A stretch of DNA of 62,918 nucleotides from Candidatus Microgenomates bacterium (GTDB lineage Bacteria; Patescibacteriota; Microgenomatia; Levybacterales; UBA12049): NCBI GenBank assembly GCA_025451195.1, contig JANWKV010000006.1, positions 1 through 62,918 of the forward strand, written 5' to 3'. This document shows, one piece after another, positions 10,121 to 19,087 of this stretch; positions within the stretch are counted from its first letter, which is position 1; every line of letters begins with the position of its first letter. The notes beneath the pieces are model-generated. The model saw only the letters and a list, made by a program, of their open reading frames with translations. It had not been told where the DNA came from and searched no databases. Position numbers and translations under genes: made by a program.

Positions 10121-11329
10121 ATGAAACGACTTTTTATCCTGGGATTTGTTTTTGTACTTCTGTTGGCAATCCCGCTTACACTTTTTCTACTTGGGGAGCA
10201 AACAAAAACGAGAAGCGGCGCATCCCCTGCAACCAGATTATCATTTGTACCGGCAAGTAAAGATGTTAACGTTGGCGATGCATTTAGCCTTGATGTAAGC
10301 CTTAATCCAGGCACCAGTGGAACACCAAATGTTATTTCCTTCATTAACCTGAATATTCAGTACTCAAGCAATCTGGCACTTGATACAACCAAAGGAGATA
10401 ATAATAGCGGAATTACAATTCATCCTGTGAATGGTAAGGCATTGGTAATTCTAACTCCGCTTTCCGCTCCCCAATGTGGAGCCGCGACTTGCTTAGTTAC
10501 TTTGTCTTTAGGTGTAAACCCTGGAGATCAGGGAATTCAAACTGTTATTCCGGCTCTTATTACTCTTTATATGGTTGCGCAAAGCGCTTCGGATCCAAAC
10601 AACCAAAGTACAATTGATTTGAGTTCATCAAAAATTTATTCAACAGGCCAGAACGACCAACCAAGTAACAACGTATTAACAGGAGCGGATCCAGCTACAA
10701 TCAACGTTACTGCACCAAGCACAACTCCAAGTCCATCTGTTACCGATAGTCCTACTCCGGCAGGAGGAGAAACACCAACCGACACGCCTGTACCCGGTGG
10801 AGGAGGAAATCCAACGGATACACCAACCACTGTACCAGGATCTACAACAGGAACTCCTCAAGCAAGCGGAACACCCACCTGCACAAGTCTTGCTGTAGAT
10901 AATTTAAATGGTAATGCCCCTCTTACGGTTAACTTTACTACAACCGGAAACGATGCAGATGGTTCTGTCAGTAAAATAACCTACAATTTTGGAGACGGAC
11001 AAGTTCAGGATATAACAAGCGGCAGCGGCATTGGCACAACAGTTGTGAATTCTCAAGTAGCACATACTTATAATTCCGACGGAACATATACAGCAAGTTC
11101 TGCAATTACAGACGGTGGCGGCGCGGTAAGTGATCCTGGCGCTTGTACCCAAACAATTACAGTAGGCTCTGGCGGAGGCACTTCTACGCCAAGCGCAACA
11201 ATGATTGCAAAAGCACCAACCGCAACGCCAACAATTCCATCAAGCGGACCTGGTGAAACAATTGTTAATGTTGGTATACTAGGCGGAGTGTTGTCGGTAC
11301 TTGGCGCAATACTTATCTTTGCATTATAA
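10121..11329 (+). CDS. surface protein: N-terminal TM, cohesin-like domain, T/P linker, PKD domain, C-terminal IPSSG+TM
   Basis: PKD motifs GNAPLTVNF..YNFGDG..HTY..GTYTA; start set at ATG 10121 because the upstream extension runs through the repeat. Confidence 0.8.
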   Translation: MKRLFILGFVFVLLLAIPLTLFLLGEQTKTRSGASPATRLSFVPASKDVNVGDAFSLDVSLNPGTSGTPNVISFINLNIQYSSNLALDTTKGDNNSGITIHPVNGKALVILTPLSAPQCGAATCLVTLSLGVNPGDQGIQTVIPALITLYMVAQSASDPNNQSTIDLSSSKIYSTGQNDQPSNNVLTGADPATINVTAPSTTPSPSVTDSPTPAGGETPTDTPVPGGGGNPTDTPTTVPGSTTGTPQASGTPTCTSLAVDNLNGNAPLTVNFTTTGNDADGSVSKITYNFGDGQVQDITSGSGIGTTVVNSQVAHTYNSDGTYTASSAITDGGGAVSDPGACTQTITVGSGGGTSTPSATMIAKAPTATPTIPSSGPGETIVNVGILGGVLSVLGAILIFAL

Positions 11330-11335
11330 TGCATC

Positions 11336-11427
11336 AACTAAATCACAAGCCCCAATGACCAATGTCCAACAAATTTTCGTTGGAACTTAATTTTGTGATT
11401 TGAGATTTGTAACTTGGGATTTGAGTT
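11336..11427. repeat. 7-nt-periodic inverted repeat between convergent genes
   Basis: left arm tcacaag/ccccaat/gaccaat/gtccaac; right arm ttgtgat/ttgagat/ttgtaac/ttgggat/ttgagtt. Confidence 0.75.
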
Positions 11428-13188
11428 CTATTTACTTTCAATCATTGAAAATAGCGCCTCTTGGGGAATTTCTACTTTACTGATTGTAAACATTTTTGAT
11501 TTGCCTTTTTTCTGTGCTTCCAGCAATTTATCTTTTCTTGTTCTGTCTCCGCCACTCATCTTTGCCAAAACATCTTTTCTAAATGGGGAAATTTCCTCTC
11601 TTGATAAAATTCTTCCCCCAATTCCTGCCTGAATAACCTGTCTGTATTGTTGTCTGGGGAGTGCGTCTTTTAATTTTTTAGCCTTTGTCCTGGCAATCTG
11701 TTCTGATTCGTCTTTATACGCAAATTCCGACAAAACATCAATCGGATTATCGTTAATTTTTACTTCTATATTAACCAAGTCCGCGCTTTTATATTCTGTT
11801 AATTCGTAATCTATGCTTGCAAAACCGGCTGTAACCGATTTTAAGTCCGGCGACAGGCCGTGTATAAACTGACTGTAAGGCATGTCATATTCCAAAATAA
11901 CATTTGTATCCTGATATTCCATATGCAACATTTGACCGCGCTTTTTTTGGCAAACTGTCATTACAGCACCCAAATATTCCTGCGGAACGTGTATTGTTAA
12001 ATGCATATACGGCTCTTTGTATTTGAGTTCTCCTCCCGGGGCCTTTTCTTCTTCATATAATACGTGAGGAAGTGTAAATAAAGGTTGCAATTGAAATTCT
12101 CTTACTAATCTTTCCCTGAAGATATCAGCGTGCAAAAGACCTAAAAAACCTATCCTGAATCCGCTTCCCAAAAATGCGGAATATTCATCGTTGTATGTAA
12201 TTGATGCGTCAATAAGCGTTAATTTTTGGATTGCCTCCCTAAGAGGCACTAATTCATCTGTTGATTTTGGATATACGCCAAAAAATACCATTGGCTTTGG
12301 TGTTTTATACCCCGGTAGTGGTTCAATCTTAAATTTTGAAGCTTGAAGTTTGAATTCGGATATCGTATCTCCAACTCTGACAAGCCTGATATCTTTTATA
12401 CCGGTTACAATATAACCGATTTCTCCCGCGGAAAGTTCTCCCGAAGAAACAAGATTTGGAGTAAAATACCCAACATCAATTGCATTGGTTTTTCTTTTTG
12501 TCTGCAATAATTCTATTTGGTTATTTGTAGAAATTTTTCCGTCAACTATTCTAACAAATGCTACAACCCCTCGGTGTTCATCGTAAACTGCATCAAAAAT
12601 AAGAGCCCTTAAAGAACTTTCCAAATTGCCGGAAGGGGCTGGAATTTTTTCAATTGATGTTTCCAGTAACTCTTTTACACCAAGACCTGTTTTTGCAGAA
12701 ATCAAATGCATTTCCTCTTCTTTAAAACCAAGTGCAATTAGCTGTTTAACAACGCCATCTACATTTGCTCCTTCCAAATCAATTTTATTTATTGCCGGAA
12801 TTATAATTAAGTTTTCTTTTTTGGCTGCCCTAAAATGTGCAATTGTTTGAGCCTGAACCCCTTTTGTTGCGTCAACAAGTAAAATTACTCCTTCGCAGCA
12901 GGCAAGGGTACGTGAGACTTCGTAGGAAAAATCAACATGACCGGGCGTATCTATAAGGTTAAGCATGTATTGCTGACCGTTTAGAAAATATTTCATCCGG
13001 ACAGGTGCAAGTTTTATTGTAATTCCACGTTCACGAGAAATTGGGTTCTGGTCTAAAAACTGCTCTTTCTTTTCTAGTTTGTTTTTATCAATCGTTCCTG
13101 TTATTTCCAAAAATCTGTCGGAAAGAGTTGATTTCCCATGGTCAATGTGGGCAATAATGGCAAAATTCCTTATATTATCTTTATTCAT
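11428..13188 (-). CDS. lepA: elongation factor 4 (LepA)
   Basis: IRNFAIIAHIDHGKSTL, RERGITIK, DTPGHVDF, GFRIGFLGLLH and GGDRTRKDKLLEAQKKGK. Confidence 0.98.
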   Translation of the reverse strand: MNKDNIRNFAIIAHIDHGKSTLSDRFLEITGTIDKNKLEKKEQFLDQNPISRERGITIKLAPVRMKYFLNGQQYMLNLIDTPGHVDFSYEVSRTLACCEGVILLVDATKGVQAQTIAHFRAAKKENLIIIPAINKIDLEGANVDGVVKQLIALGFKEEEMHLISAKTGLGVKELLETSIEKIPAPSGNLESSLRALIFDAVYDEHRGVVAFVRIVDGKISTNNQIELLQTKRKTNAIDVGYFTPNLVSSGELSAGEIGYIVTGIKDIRLVRVGDTISEFKLQASKFKIEPLPGYKTPKPMVFFGVYPKSTDELVPLREAIQKLTLIDASITYNDEYSAFLGSGFRIGFLGLLHADIFRERLVREFQLQPLFTLPHVLYEEEKAPGGELKYKEPYMHLTIHVPQEYLGAVMTVCQKKRGQMLHMEYQDTNVILEYDMPYSQFIHGLSPDLKSVTAGFASIDYELTEYKSADLVNIEVKINDNPIDVLSEFAYKDESEQIARTKAKKLKDALPRQQYRQVIQAGIGGRILSREEISPFRKDVLAKMSGGDRTRKDKLLEAQKKGKSKMFTISKVEIPQEALFSMIESK

Positions 13189-13292
13189 AGTATTGAAGTC
13201 CCGTATTTACGACATTTTGAGGCAAGAATACAGATCTTGAGATCAACGAGCAAAGTTACTGGGACAAAATTCCTAATGTATTTTTTATCCAT
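13185..13292 (-). other. 35-aa upstream ORF starting with a degenerate copy of the LepA N-terminus
   Basis: MDKKYIRNFVPVTLLVDLKICILASKCRKYGTSIL*; its TGA overlaps the lepA ATG; LepA begins MNKDNIRNFA. Confidence 0.6.
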
Positions 13293-13374
13293 ATTTGGTA
13301 AATGGATTGTACCATACCCTTCTCAAATGAAAATGCGGTAAGAAGAGTGCAAGCGTAAAAATATAAATAAGAAT

Positions 13375-15105
13375 TTATGAAGGTTTAAAATGTGCAGGGT
13401 CAATTGTTTCTTCTGTTTTTCCAAGTATTTCTCTCCAATTACCCAGTTTTTTAAACATAAGTAAAAATGTTTTTGCCTCTTTTACGTTAAAAAGCCAGGT
13501 AAGAAAAATGTAAAGGGAGAGACCGGCGAAAGACGAAATCCCTGTTAGAATTAAAAGATTAATTGTTTTTGTTGTGTCAAAAACCAAACGGTCTAAAAGT
13601 TTTATTGGTACGTATAAGGTAAAAGCGGTAAAGAGAGTTGCAACAAAAATTTTTAAGAGAGGTGAAAAAAGGGCGGATATGTTAAATCCATTCGTCTTTT
13701 TACCTAGAATAACAAATAAAATAACGAACTGGAAAATACTTGTAATTGTATATGCGGCGGCAATTCCACCTGTTCCAAAATCAACAATAAATTCCCCTCT
13801 CCAAAATCCGTTAAAAAATCCGTAAGGTATTACCCCTTGGTGTAATCCCGACCGGTAAATAACAATCGATAATGCACTTAGAATTAGCATCATTACTGTT
13901 GAGATTGTCCCGACAATAAGCGGGGTTTTTGTATCATGCAGTGCATAATATGCGCGTGAAACAAGATAGATTAAAGCTTGCGCGAAAAGAGAAATGGAAA
14001 AAATACCAAGAGTCCTACCCGTTTCAACTGTTGCCGGCCAGTCGAAAAGTGATGCTCCATAAATAAGTCTGACAATTGGAATACGAAGAACTAAAAACAA
14101 AACCGAGATTGGCAGAATCAAATACATCATTTCGTAAAAACTGGTTAGAAAAGTTTCTTTGAATAAAACTAAGTTTTCTCTTTGACGCGATAAAACCGGA
14201 AAAGCAGCCTGTGCTATTGTTTGACCAAATAAAACAACAGGCGCAAAAGCCAAAGTTTGCGCATAATCAAAAATAACATAATTTCTCCCCGGATCTTCTA
14301 AAAAAGAAACAAGAGTGACTGTAATTAAAATCCCAATCTGAAAAATTGCTATAGAGATAGTCCGGGGCCACATGAGATGAAACACTTCTTTTATTCCTTC
14401 CGTATGAAAAAAATCTGCAGGATGAAAATAAAAACCAATTTTTTTTAAAAATGGTAATTGAATTAAAACGAAAATAAACGCGCCAATTACAACTCCCCAC
14501 GCTGCCGAAAATATGCCGGTACTACCCGAAAGAAGCAGAATACCGATAATAATACCTAAATTGTATGTTGCTGCCGCTATTCCGGGAATAAAAAAGTGGT
14601 TATAAGACTGCAAAATTGCAGATAAAAAACTTCCGATAATAAATAGAAGCTCTCCTAGTATTATTATCCTCATTAAATTAGCCATAAGCATAATTTCGTG
14701 TTCTGTGAATCCGGGTGCAATCACATATGAGAAAAAATTTGCAAAGACAAACAAAACTACTCCAACAATAAAAAACACGACAAGGCTTAACGATAAAAGT
14801 GTTGATGCAAATATCTGCCCTTCTTTTTCCCTGTTTTTAACTAGGTAATTTGAGAAAACGGGAATAAAGGCACTCGAAAGCGCTCCGGCAATAATAATCT
14901 GGAAAAGTGAATCAGGAAGTCTTGATGATGCTAAATATATACCAAGAGTGTTAGACGCCCCAAAAATTGCAACAAGAAGGCGTTGTCTGACAAGCCCAAG
15001 CACTTGGGAAAAAATAACAGTAGCCATTATTACAAATGCCGCGGAAAGGATATTTGTTTGCCTTTTTAGCAAAAGGCTTAACCCTTTTTTGAAAATATCG
15101 TTCAT
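13375..15105 (-). CDS. murJ: lipid II flippase MurJ
   Basis: SQVLGLVR...FGA, RLPD...GALSSAFIPVF and RAYYALHDTKTP; about 14 TMs. Confidence 0.95.
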   Translation of the reverse strand: MNDIFKKGLSLLLKRQTNILSAAFVIMATVIFSQVLGLVRQRLLVAIFGASNTLGIYLASSRLPDSLFQIIIAGALSSAFIPVFSNYLVKNREKEGQIFASTLLSLSLVVFFIVGVVLFVFANFFSYVIAPGFTEHEIMLMANLMRIIILGELLFIIGSFLSAILQSYNHFFIPGIAAATYNLGIIIGILLLSGSTGIFSAAWGVVIGAFIFVLIQLPFLKKIGFYFHPADFFHTEGIKEVFHLMWPRTISIAIFQIGILITVTLVSFLEDPGRNYVIFDYAQTLAFAPVVLFGQTIAQAAFPVLSRQRENLVLFKETFLTSFYEMMYLILPISVLFLVLRIPIVRLIYGASLFDWPATVETGRTLGIFSISLFAQALIYLVSRAYYALHDTKTPLIVGTISTVMMLILSALSIVIYRSGLHQGVIPYGFFNGFWRGEFIVDFGTGGIAAAYTITSIFQFVILFVILGKKTNGFNISALFSPLLKIFVATLFTAFTLYVPIKLLDRLVFDTTKTINLLILTGISSFAGLSLYIFLTWLFNVKEAKTFLLMFKKLGNWREILGKTEETIDPAHFKPS

Positions 15106-15165
15106 AAATTGCGAAAATTTCCCAGTGAGCTTGTTTTTTACAGTATAGCATGGTAAAATTATCTT

Positions 15166-15498
15166 ATGCCAGTAATAAAATCAGCAAAGAAAAAGCTGCG
15201 TGCAGACAAAAAGCGAACAGCTCAAAATAAAGGTGTTAAGATTTTGGTGAAAGAATTAGTTAAAAAAGCAAAAGCCTCCAAATCAGAAAAGGCAATAAAA
15301 GAAGCTGTTGTTGCAATAGATAAAGCTGCAAAGAAAAATATTTTCCACAAAAATAAAGCCGCAAGGTTTAAATCTACTCTTGCAAAACTTTTGTCAGGAA
15401 AATCTAAAACAGTTACACAACCGTCTACGTTAAAAGCAAAAAAATCTGCAAAACCTCCTGTTAAAAAAACCTCATCCAAAAAAGCAAAGAAAGCCTAA
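15166..15498 (+). CDS. rpsT: 30S ribosomal protein S20 with a Lys-rich C-terminal tail
   Basis: MPVIKSAKKKLR and IDKAAKKNIFHKNKAARFKS. Confidence 0.97.
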   Translation: MPVIKSAKKKLRADKKRTAQNKGVKILVKELVKKAKASKSEKAIKEAVVAIDKAAKKNIFHKNKAARFKSTLAKLLSGKSKTVTQPSTLKAKKSAKPPVKKTSSKKAKKA

Positions 15499-15505
15499 TT
15501 CTTTA

Positions 15506-16048
15506 ATGAAAGTTATTTTTATTCCCGGCAATGGCGGGGGAAGTCCTCAAGACAATTGGTTTCCATACTTAAAAAGAGAACTTGAAAAATTAGGCGTTGA
15601 GGTTATTGCCCAAGAATTCCCGGATAATGATTTGGCAAGGGAGATTTTTTGGATTCCCTATATTAAAAATGAGCTTAATGCGGACGAGACTACGATTCTA
15701 ATTGGACACTCCTCAGGCGCGGTTGCAGCAATGCGTTTTGCAGAAAAGAATAAAATTTCTGGTTCGGTCTTGGTTGCATCTTACTATACTGATTTAAATG
15801 ATGAAAAGGAAAAACTTAGCGGTTATTTTAACCGTGATTGGAATTGGGAAGTAATACGGAATAATCAAAAGTGGGTTATTCAATTTGCATCTTATGATGA
15901 CCCGTGGATTCCGATTGAGCAACCCCGTTTTATTCACAAAAAACTCAAAAGTGAGTATTTTGAATTTAAAAATAAAGGACATTTTGGCGGTGATTACAAA
16001 AAACTGGAATTCCCCGAGCTACTTGACGCGATAAAAAAACACCTCTAA
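15506..16048 (+). CDS. RBBP9/YdeN family alpha/beta hydrolase
   Basis: IPGNGG, WFPYL, GHSSG, DDPWIP and GHF. Confidence 0.92.
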   Translation: MKVIFIPGNGGGSPQDNWFPYLKRELEKLGVEVIAQEFPDNDLAREIFWIPYIKNELNADETTILIGHSSGAVAAMRFAEKNKISGSVLVASYYTDLNDEKEKLSGYFNRDWNWEVIRNNQKWVIQFASYDDPWIPIEQPRFIHKKLKSEYFEFKNKGHFGGDYKKLEFPELLDAIKKHL

Positions 16049-16064
16049 AAAACATTAATTTTCT

Positions 16065-16093
16065 TTGACAAAAGCTCTTAAACACCCTATGCT
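16065..16093 (+). promoter_or_regulatory. sigma70-type promoter
   Basis: TTGACA-17 nt-TATGCT upstream of the pilN-like gene. Confidence 0.6.
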
Positions 16094-16102
16094 AAAATAG
16101 CC

Positions 16103-16648
16103 ATGAATACGGCTTCTATTAACCTAATTAGAGGTAGAAAACCTCATTTTTTTGATCACTTTGTCGGCTGGGCATTAACTGTTGGGCGGGTTGTTGTAAT
16201 AGCTGTTGAGGGAATTGCACTTGCTGCTTTTTTGTACAGGTTTGGCTTAGACCGACAACTTATTGACCTACATGACAAAATTGCATCCGAGCAAAATATT
16301 GTAAAATTTTTACAAAAAAATGAAAATGTATACAGAAATTTTCAGAACAGGCTTTCTTTATCCAGTAATATTTTATCTGTTCAGGACCAAACACTTAAAT
16401 CGTTTAAAGATATCAGTAAATTAATTCCCTCCGATATGTCTGTTCAGACTCTTTTATTCTCACAGGAAAATATGAAACTGGAAGCAACAATGCAGTCGGT
16501 TAACACCTTTACAACATTTATTGACAAATTAAAAACATATCCGACAGTCGACAGCATTTCTATAGATAGAATTGAAAATAGGACATCGTCCGGGACCATA
16601 TCAATAACACTTACCGCAACGTTTAAGAAACCTAATACACAAATATGA
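16103..16648 (+). CDS. pilN: PilN-like type IV pilus alignment protein
   Basis: N-terminal INL motif, single TM, coiled coil, ISKLIPSDM ferredoxin-like domain. Confidence 0.7.
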   Translation: MNTASINLIRGRKPHFFDHFVGWALTVGRVVVIAVEGIALAAFLYRFGLDRQLIDLHDKIASEQNIVKFLQKNENVYRNFQNRLSLSSNILSVQDQTLKSFKDISKLIPSDMSVQTLLFSQENMKLEATMQSVNTFTTFIDKLKTYPTVDSISIDRIENRTSSGTISITLTATFKKPNTQI

Positions 16649-17286
16649 GCAGATTTTCAACAAATTTTTTAAGATCTTTGAGCCTTCCTAAAAATCTTAA
16701 CCTAATGGTTACATTTCCAAGATTAAAAGAGGAAAAAACAAGATCATATGCGGCATTTGTAATGACACTTTTGGCAATTATCATTTTTGGTTTTTTTGCC
16801 ATTAATCCAACTTTAGGAACAATTATAGAACTGAATAAAGAACTCGCGGACAGCAAATACGTGGACCAGCAATTTGTTGAAAAAATATCAAATCTGGCAT
16901 CTCTTCAGGCAAGCTATACAAAATTAACAAATGACATACCTATTGTTTTAGACGCTGTTCCGTCTGCTCCGGATATCCCAACGTTTCTAGCTCAAGTTCA
17001 GTCAGTTGCAACGGTAACGGATATACAACTTTCCAGACTGCAGGTGCAACCTGTTGACATTTCAAATGCCCCCCAGCCCGCGTCAAGCTTTTTGTCTTTT
17101 TCTTTTTCTATCGTTGCTTCAGGAACAAAAGACCAGGCGGATAATTTTGTCGATGGTATTTCAAACTTTGACAGACTCATAACTGTAGATAATATTTCGA
17201 TCGCAAGTCAAAAAGACAGTGGAGATCTGGGATCTGGAACAATATTATTAAACATCAAAGGAAGGGCGTATTTTAAAAGTTTATAG
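16645..17286 (+). CDS. pilO: PilO-like protein
   Basis: TM, coiled coil, AVPSAPD, and FSIVASG...FVDGISNFDRLITVDNISI PilO pattern. Confidence 0.8.
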   Translation: MSRFSTNFLRSLSLPKNLNLMVTFPRLKEEKTRSYAAFVMTLLAIIIFGFFAINPTLGTIIELNKELADSKYVDQQFVEKISNLASLQASYTKLTNDIPIVLDAVPSAPDIPTFLAQVQSVATVTDIQLSRLQVQPVDISNAPQPASSFLSFSFSIVASGTKDQADNFVDGISNFDRLITVDNISIASQKDSGDLGSGTILLNIKGRAYFKSL

Positions 17287-17288
17287 TT

Positions 17289-17657
17289 ATGAAGCAAAAA
17301 GATATTGTTTTTTTACTTATTTCATCAGTTATACTTACCTTAGCGTGGATTATTTTTACAATTATCCATAAAGGCATTTCTTCAACAATTGCACCTGTTA
17401 CAAGCGAACAAATAACTGCTATAAAACCTGATTTCGATAATAAAACAATTTCGGAATTGGTAAGACGTCATAATGGTGCACCGGCTTTTTCACTTTCAAC
17501 TCCAAGCTCATCAACTTCTGCAGAGGAAACACTGCAGCCAACACCTACTGTTATATCCCAAACACCTACTCCAATTCCAACTGGCCCTGTTTCTTTGATA
17601 ACCCAAACCCCCAACATAAATGAAAATCAAGCTTCAACCGGAGGAAATACCCAGTGA
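17289..17657 (+). CDS. small TM-anchored T/P-rich protein in the pilus operon
   Basis: N-terminal TM, IKPDFD, low-complexity tail; coupled to the neighbouring genes. Confidence 0.7.
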   Translation: MKQKDIVFLLISSVILTLAWIIFTIIHKGISSTIAPVTSEQITAIKPDFDNKTISELVRRHNGAPAFSLSTPSSSTSAEETLQPTPTVISQTPTPIPTGPVSLITQTPNINENQASTGGNTQ

Positions 17658-19087
17658 TTACAAAACAAACATTTTGGGATAAAAAAATTCCAACCCTACT
17701 TGGGCTTTTATTAATTATTGTAGGAATAGGTACAACAACTTATCTTGCACAAATCGGAATAATCCCATTTATCGGAGCATCGCCTGGAGATAATCCAAAG
17801 AATATCCGCGTTACCAACGTCTCCGACACATCTTTTACAGTAACTTATACAACCGATGAAAGTGCTGTCGGGTCTGTATCTGTAACAAGCGGATCGTCTC
17901 AACAATTATTTTTAGACGATAGGGATAACACAAACACACCACTTCCACATTTTCTGCATAGCATTACGGTAAAGAATTTACAACCTAAAACTGTTGTTTC
18001 TTTTTCTATTCTGTCGGGCAAATCAACTTACTTAAATAAAGATGTTCCATTTACACAAACCACAGGAGATAAAATTAATCAAACCCCCACTTCTGCGGAT
18101 GATCTCCCAGTGACAGGAAAGGTAGTTGATTCGGGTGGAGAAACTCCTCCCGAAACTCTACTTTATATAACAACAGACGGAGGACAAACTATTTCCACTT
18201 TTACAAACCCTGCCGGATTATATGCAACTCCACTTTTAATAAGAAGCGCCGACCTTTCATCTTTTATAAATTTCAACGACACTTCCAAAATACAACTGCT
18301 GGCTGTTGGAATAAATGGCCAACAATCGCAAGTTATATTTTTTGCAAATTCTTCAAATCCCGTACCAACAATTACTTTATCTCAAAATTATGATTTTACT
18401 CAAAGCGAAACTCCAATCGCAAGCGGATCTGCTCTCCCGGTTGGATTTCCATCATTTGGTCTCGATACTACAATTATTGCAAGTGAAAGTCCAAAAATTG
18501 ATGTTCCTCAGCAAAACGAAACATTTGTAGATCCAAGACCAGTTCTTCACGGCAAGGTGCTTCCAAATGAAGTTGTTTCAATTTCGATTCATTCGGATGA
18601 CAAAATTTCAACAACAGTTAAGGCAGATCAATACGGCAACTGGACATATCAGCCGCCAAATGGTTTATCGCCAGGCGCGCACACAATTAGCATTACGTCA
18701 AAAGACCAAAATGGTATATTAAAAACTGTTCAATCGGTGTTTACAATTTTAGAGTCCGGCACTCAGGTAGCTGAAGCTGCAACTCCGTCTGCAACACTTA
18801 CGCCCAGACCCCCAACCTCAACACCCTTACCACCTTCTCTGACACCTACTCCTACCAAAATAAGTCCTCAATTAACGCCGGGCGCATCTGCTTCCCCAGT
18901 TCTAACCGCTACTCCAACTCTTTCGCCAACAAATTCTGTTGTTTCCGAAACATCTGTTCCTAAAACCAGTCCAACAAAAGAAATCCCCAGTGCAGGAAGT
19001 GAATATGGAGTTTTTGGCAGCATTGTCGGTATAGCGGCAACATTTTTTGGAATAGCAGTTATCTTTTTTACCCATATACCATTATGA
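17654..19087 (+). CDS. surface protein with FN3-like and Ig-like domains, T/P linker and C-terminal IPSAG+TM
   Basis: NIRVTNVSDTSFTVTY, HSITVKNLQP and ADQYGNWTY..L.PG.HTISI. Confidence 0.8.
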   Translation: MITKQTFWDKKIPTLLGLLLIIVGIGTTTYLAQIGIIPFIGASPGDNPKNIRVTNVSDTSFTVTYTTDESAVGSVSVTSGSSQQLFLDDRDNTNTPLPHFLHSITVKNLQPKTVVSFSILSGKSTYLNKDVPFTQTTGDKINQTPTSADDLPVTGKVVDSGGETPPETLLYITTDGGQTISTFTNPAGLYATPLLIRSADLSSFINFNDTSKIQLLAVGINGQQSQVIFFANSSNPVPTITLSQNYDFTQSETPIASGSALPVGFPSFGLDTTIIASESPKIDVPQQNETFVDPRPVLHGKVLPNEVVSISIHSDDKISTTVKADQYGNWTYQPPNGLSPGAHTISITSKDQNGILKTVQSVFTILESGTQVAEAATPSATLTPRPPTSTPLPPSLTPTPTKISPQLTPGASASPVLTATPTLSPTNSVVSETSVPKTSPTKEIPSAGSEYGVFGSIVGIAATFFGIAVIFFTHIPL

